Translations under genes and position numbers: made by a program
Shown here: positions 62,559-64,000 of the stretch, piece by piece
How positions within the stretch are numbered: position 1 is the stretch's first letter
Layout: each line of letters starts with the position of its first letter
Source of the DNA: an uncultured Eubacteriales bacterium
GTDB taxonomy: Bacteria; Bacillota; Clostridia; Christensenellales; UBA1242
Assembly: GCA_900552105.1 (NCBI GenBank)
Contig: URYH01000002.1
Coordinates: 10,652-74,651 of the forward strand
DNA: 64,000 nt
Direction of reading: 5' to 3'
Notes under the pieces: generated by a model
Told to the model about the DNA's origin: nothing
Database searches by the model: none
Seen by the model: the letters and a program-made list of their open reading frames with translations, nothing else

Positions 62559-64000
62559 TTATCTTGCAAATGTTTTTATCTCTTGTTTTATCTTTGCAAT
62601 AAAATCGTCAAGTTTGACGCCATTTTCTTGCACATTTTTTCTCGCCCGATATGAAATTGTTTGATTATTTTGTTCTTCATCTCCCAAAATCAAGAAATAT
62701 GGATTTTTCATAAGTTGTGATTCACGAATCTTGTATCCGATTTTTTCATTTCTGTCATCAAGTTCAACACGAATCCCAGCAGCTTGAAGTTTTTCATAAA
62801 CTGATTTTGCATACTCTGCATTTCTGTCAGTGAGAGGTGCAACAACCACTTGAACAGGACTGAGCCAAAGTGGAAAAGCTCCTGCAAAGTGTTCTGTGAT
62901 AATTCCGATAAATCGTTCAAACGAGCCAAGAATTGCACGGTGAATCATGATAGGTGTCTTCTTTTCGCCTTCTGCGTCAACATATGTTATGCCAAAGCGC
63001 ATTGGAAGTTGGAAGTCAAGTTGAACAGTTCCCATTTGCCATTCGCGTCCCAAGCAATCCTTCATTTTTATGTCAATTTTTGGACCATAGAAAGCACCAT
63101 CGCCTTCATTCACTCTGTAATTGCCCTTTCCGCAAAGTTCGTCAAGAACAGCACGGAGGTCGCTTTCAGCCTTGTTCCAAGTTTCAATCTCACCCATAAA
63201 GTCTTGTGGACGAGTTGAAAGTGTGAGTTGATAGTCAAGTCCAAAAACCCCATAAATGTAGTCGGCAATTTTGATGATTTCTTTGATTTCGCTGCCAATT
63301 TGGTCTTCGGTAATATAATTGTGTGAATCATCTTGACGAAACATTCTGACGCGGAACAATCCGTTCAGTTGACCCGATTTTTCGTTTCTGTGAATGACAT
63401 CAACATCATTAAATCTCAATGGAAGGTCTTTATAACTTCTCATTTTGCTCGCAAACACTTTGATTGAGTTTGGACAATTCATTGGTTTGAGCGCCTGCTC
63501 TTTGCCGTCAGAATCTTTGAGAACATACATATCTTCTTTGTAGTGATCCCAGTGTCCTGATGTTTTCCAAAGAATTGACGAATTGAGTTGTGGTCCAGAA
63601 AATTCTTGATATCCTCTTTTTTGATGTTCATCTCTCCAAAAGTTTATAAGTGTGTTGAGAATTGTGAAGCCTTTTGGAAGCCAATACGCCATTCCTGGAG
63701 CAGTTTCGTCAAAGAAAAATAGTTCTTGTTCTCTGCCAAGTTTTCTGTGGTCACGCTTTTTTGCTTCTTCCAGCATGTTGAGATAGTCCGCGAGTTGTTT
63801 TTTGTCTTTGAACGCATAGGCATAAACTCTTTGAAGCATCTTGTTCTTTTCGTTTCCCCTCCAATATGCCCCATTGATTTTTGCGAGTTTATATCCAAAG
63901 TTTTGTAGTTTCCCCGTGCTTTCAACATGAGGGCCGCGGCACAAATCAACAAAATCATCTCCGAGATAATAAACGCTGATAACTTCGTTTTCTGGCAGTT
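62559..64000 (-). CDS. thrS: threonine--tRNA ligase, C-terminal ~480 codons (5' end lies beyond the window edge)
   Basis: The frame is open to position 64000 (LPENEVISVYYLGDDFVDLCRGPHVE). It has a class II core (FRVRMFRQDDSH, GAFYGPKID) and an anticodon-binding C-terminus. Confidence 0.95.
   Translation of the reverse strand, partial: LPENEVISVYYLGDDFVDLCRGPHVESTGKLQNFGYKLAKINGAYWRGNEKNKMLQRVYAYAFKDKKQLADYLNMLEEAKKRDHRKLGREQELFFFDETAPGMAYWLPKGFTILNTLINFWRDEHQKRGYQEFSGPQLNSSILWKTSGHWDHYKEDMYVLKDSDGKEQALKPMNCPNSIKVFASKMRSYKDLPLRFNDVDVIHRNEKSGQLNGLFRVRMFRQDDSHNYITEDQIGSEIKEIIKIADYIYGVFGLDYQLTLSTRPQDFMGEIETWNKAESDLRAVLDELCGKGNYRVNEGDGAFYGPKIDIKMKDCLGREWQMGTVQLDFQLPMRFGITYVDAEGEKKTPIMIHRAILGSFERFIGIITEHFAGAFPLWLSPVQVVVAPLTDRNAEYAKSVYEKLQAAGIRVELDDRNEKIGYKIRESQLMKNPYFLILGDEEQNNQTISYRARKNVQENGVKLDDFIAKIKQEIKTFAR

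Overview
This is an AT-rich core chromosomal segment from an endospore-forming, low-GC Firmicute that looks Clostridia-like. Almost every gene is on the minus strand, and gene order closely follows the Bacillus subtilis chromosome. In window order: pheS-pheT with a Phe T-box leader; yunB; spoVAC-D-E; a small accessory insert (lipoprotein, LRR protein, two small ORFs); spoIIAA-spoIIAB-sigF; a minus-strand tRNA cluster (Pro, CAT, Asp, Phe, Thr, Tyr) plus two plus-strand tRNAs (Gly, Thr); SDR and cmk; S1, plsC and a second cmk; a flavoprotein and rluB; dacB-ytfJ-ytfI; scpA-scpB; an M50 protease; dacF; a deoB-like gene; spoIIM; spo0A-like, spoIVB, recN, argR; a ~555-nt structured RNA with its own promoter next to a 4-TM protein (candidate OLE RNA and OapA); xseA-xseB-nusB-asp23; spoIIIAA-AH; efp; a TIM-barrel protein; rimP-nusA-ylxR-ylxQ-infB-rbfA-nrnA-truB; yloU-yloV; rpmB; an unlisted 33-codon spoVM; rpe-rsgA; rlmN-fmt-def-priA; rpoZ; ligA-pcrA; and partial thrS. 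I saw no transposase, integrase, CRISPR array or recognisable defence system. The most unusual signal is at the tRNA genes. Three independent tRNA 3' ends (Tyr, Phe, Gly) are followed by partial duplications with the same layout: an inverted copy of the tRNA 3' region, a central hairpin region, then a direct copy of the 3' end. The Tyr and Gly cases also duplicate the terminator, and the Tyr case forms a three-unit tandem array. Other points worth a second look: the candidate OLE/OapA pair, a syntenic Spo0A whose receiver domain lacks the acidic pocket, the accessory insert that splits the usual spoIIA-spoVA junction, duplicated cmk genes, and a deoB-like protein with apparently degenerate catalytic motifs. 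All calls come from reading the sequence and ORF translations, with no database search.
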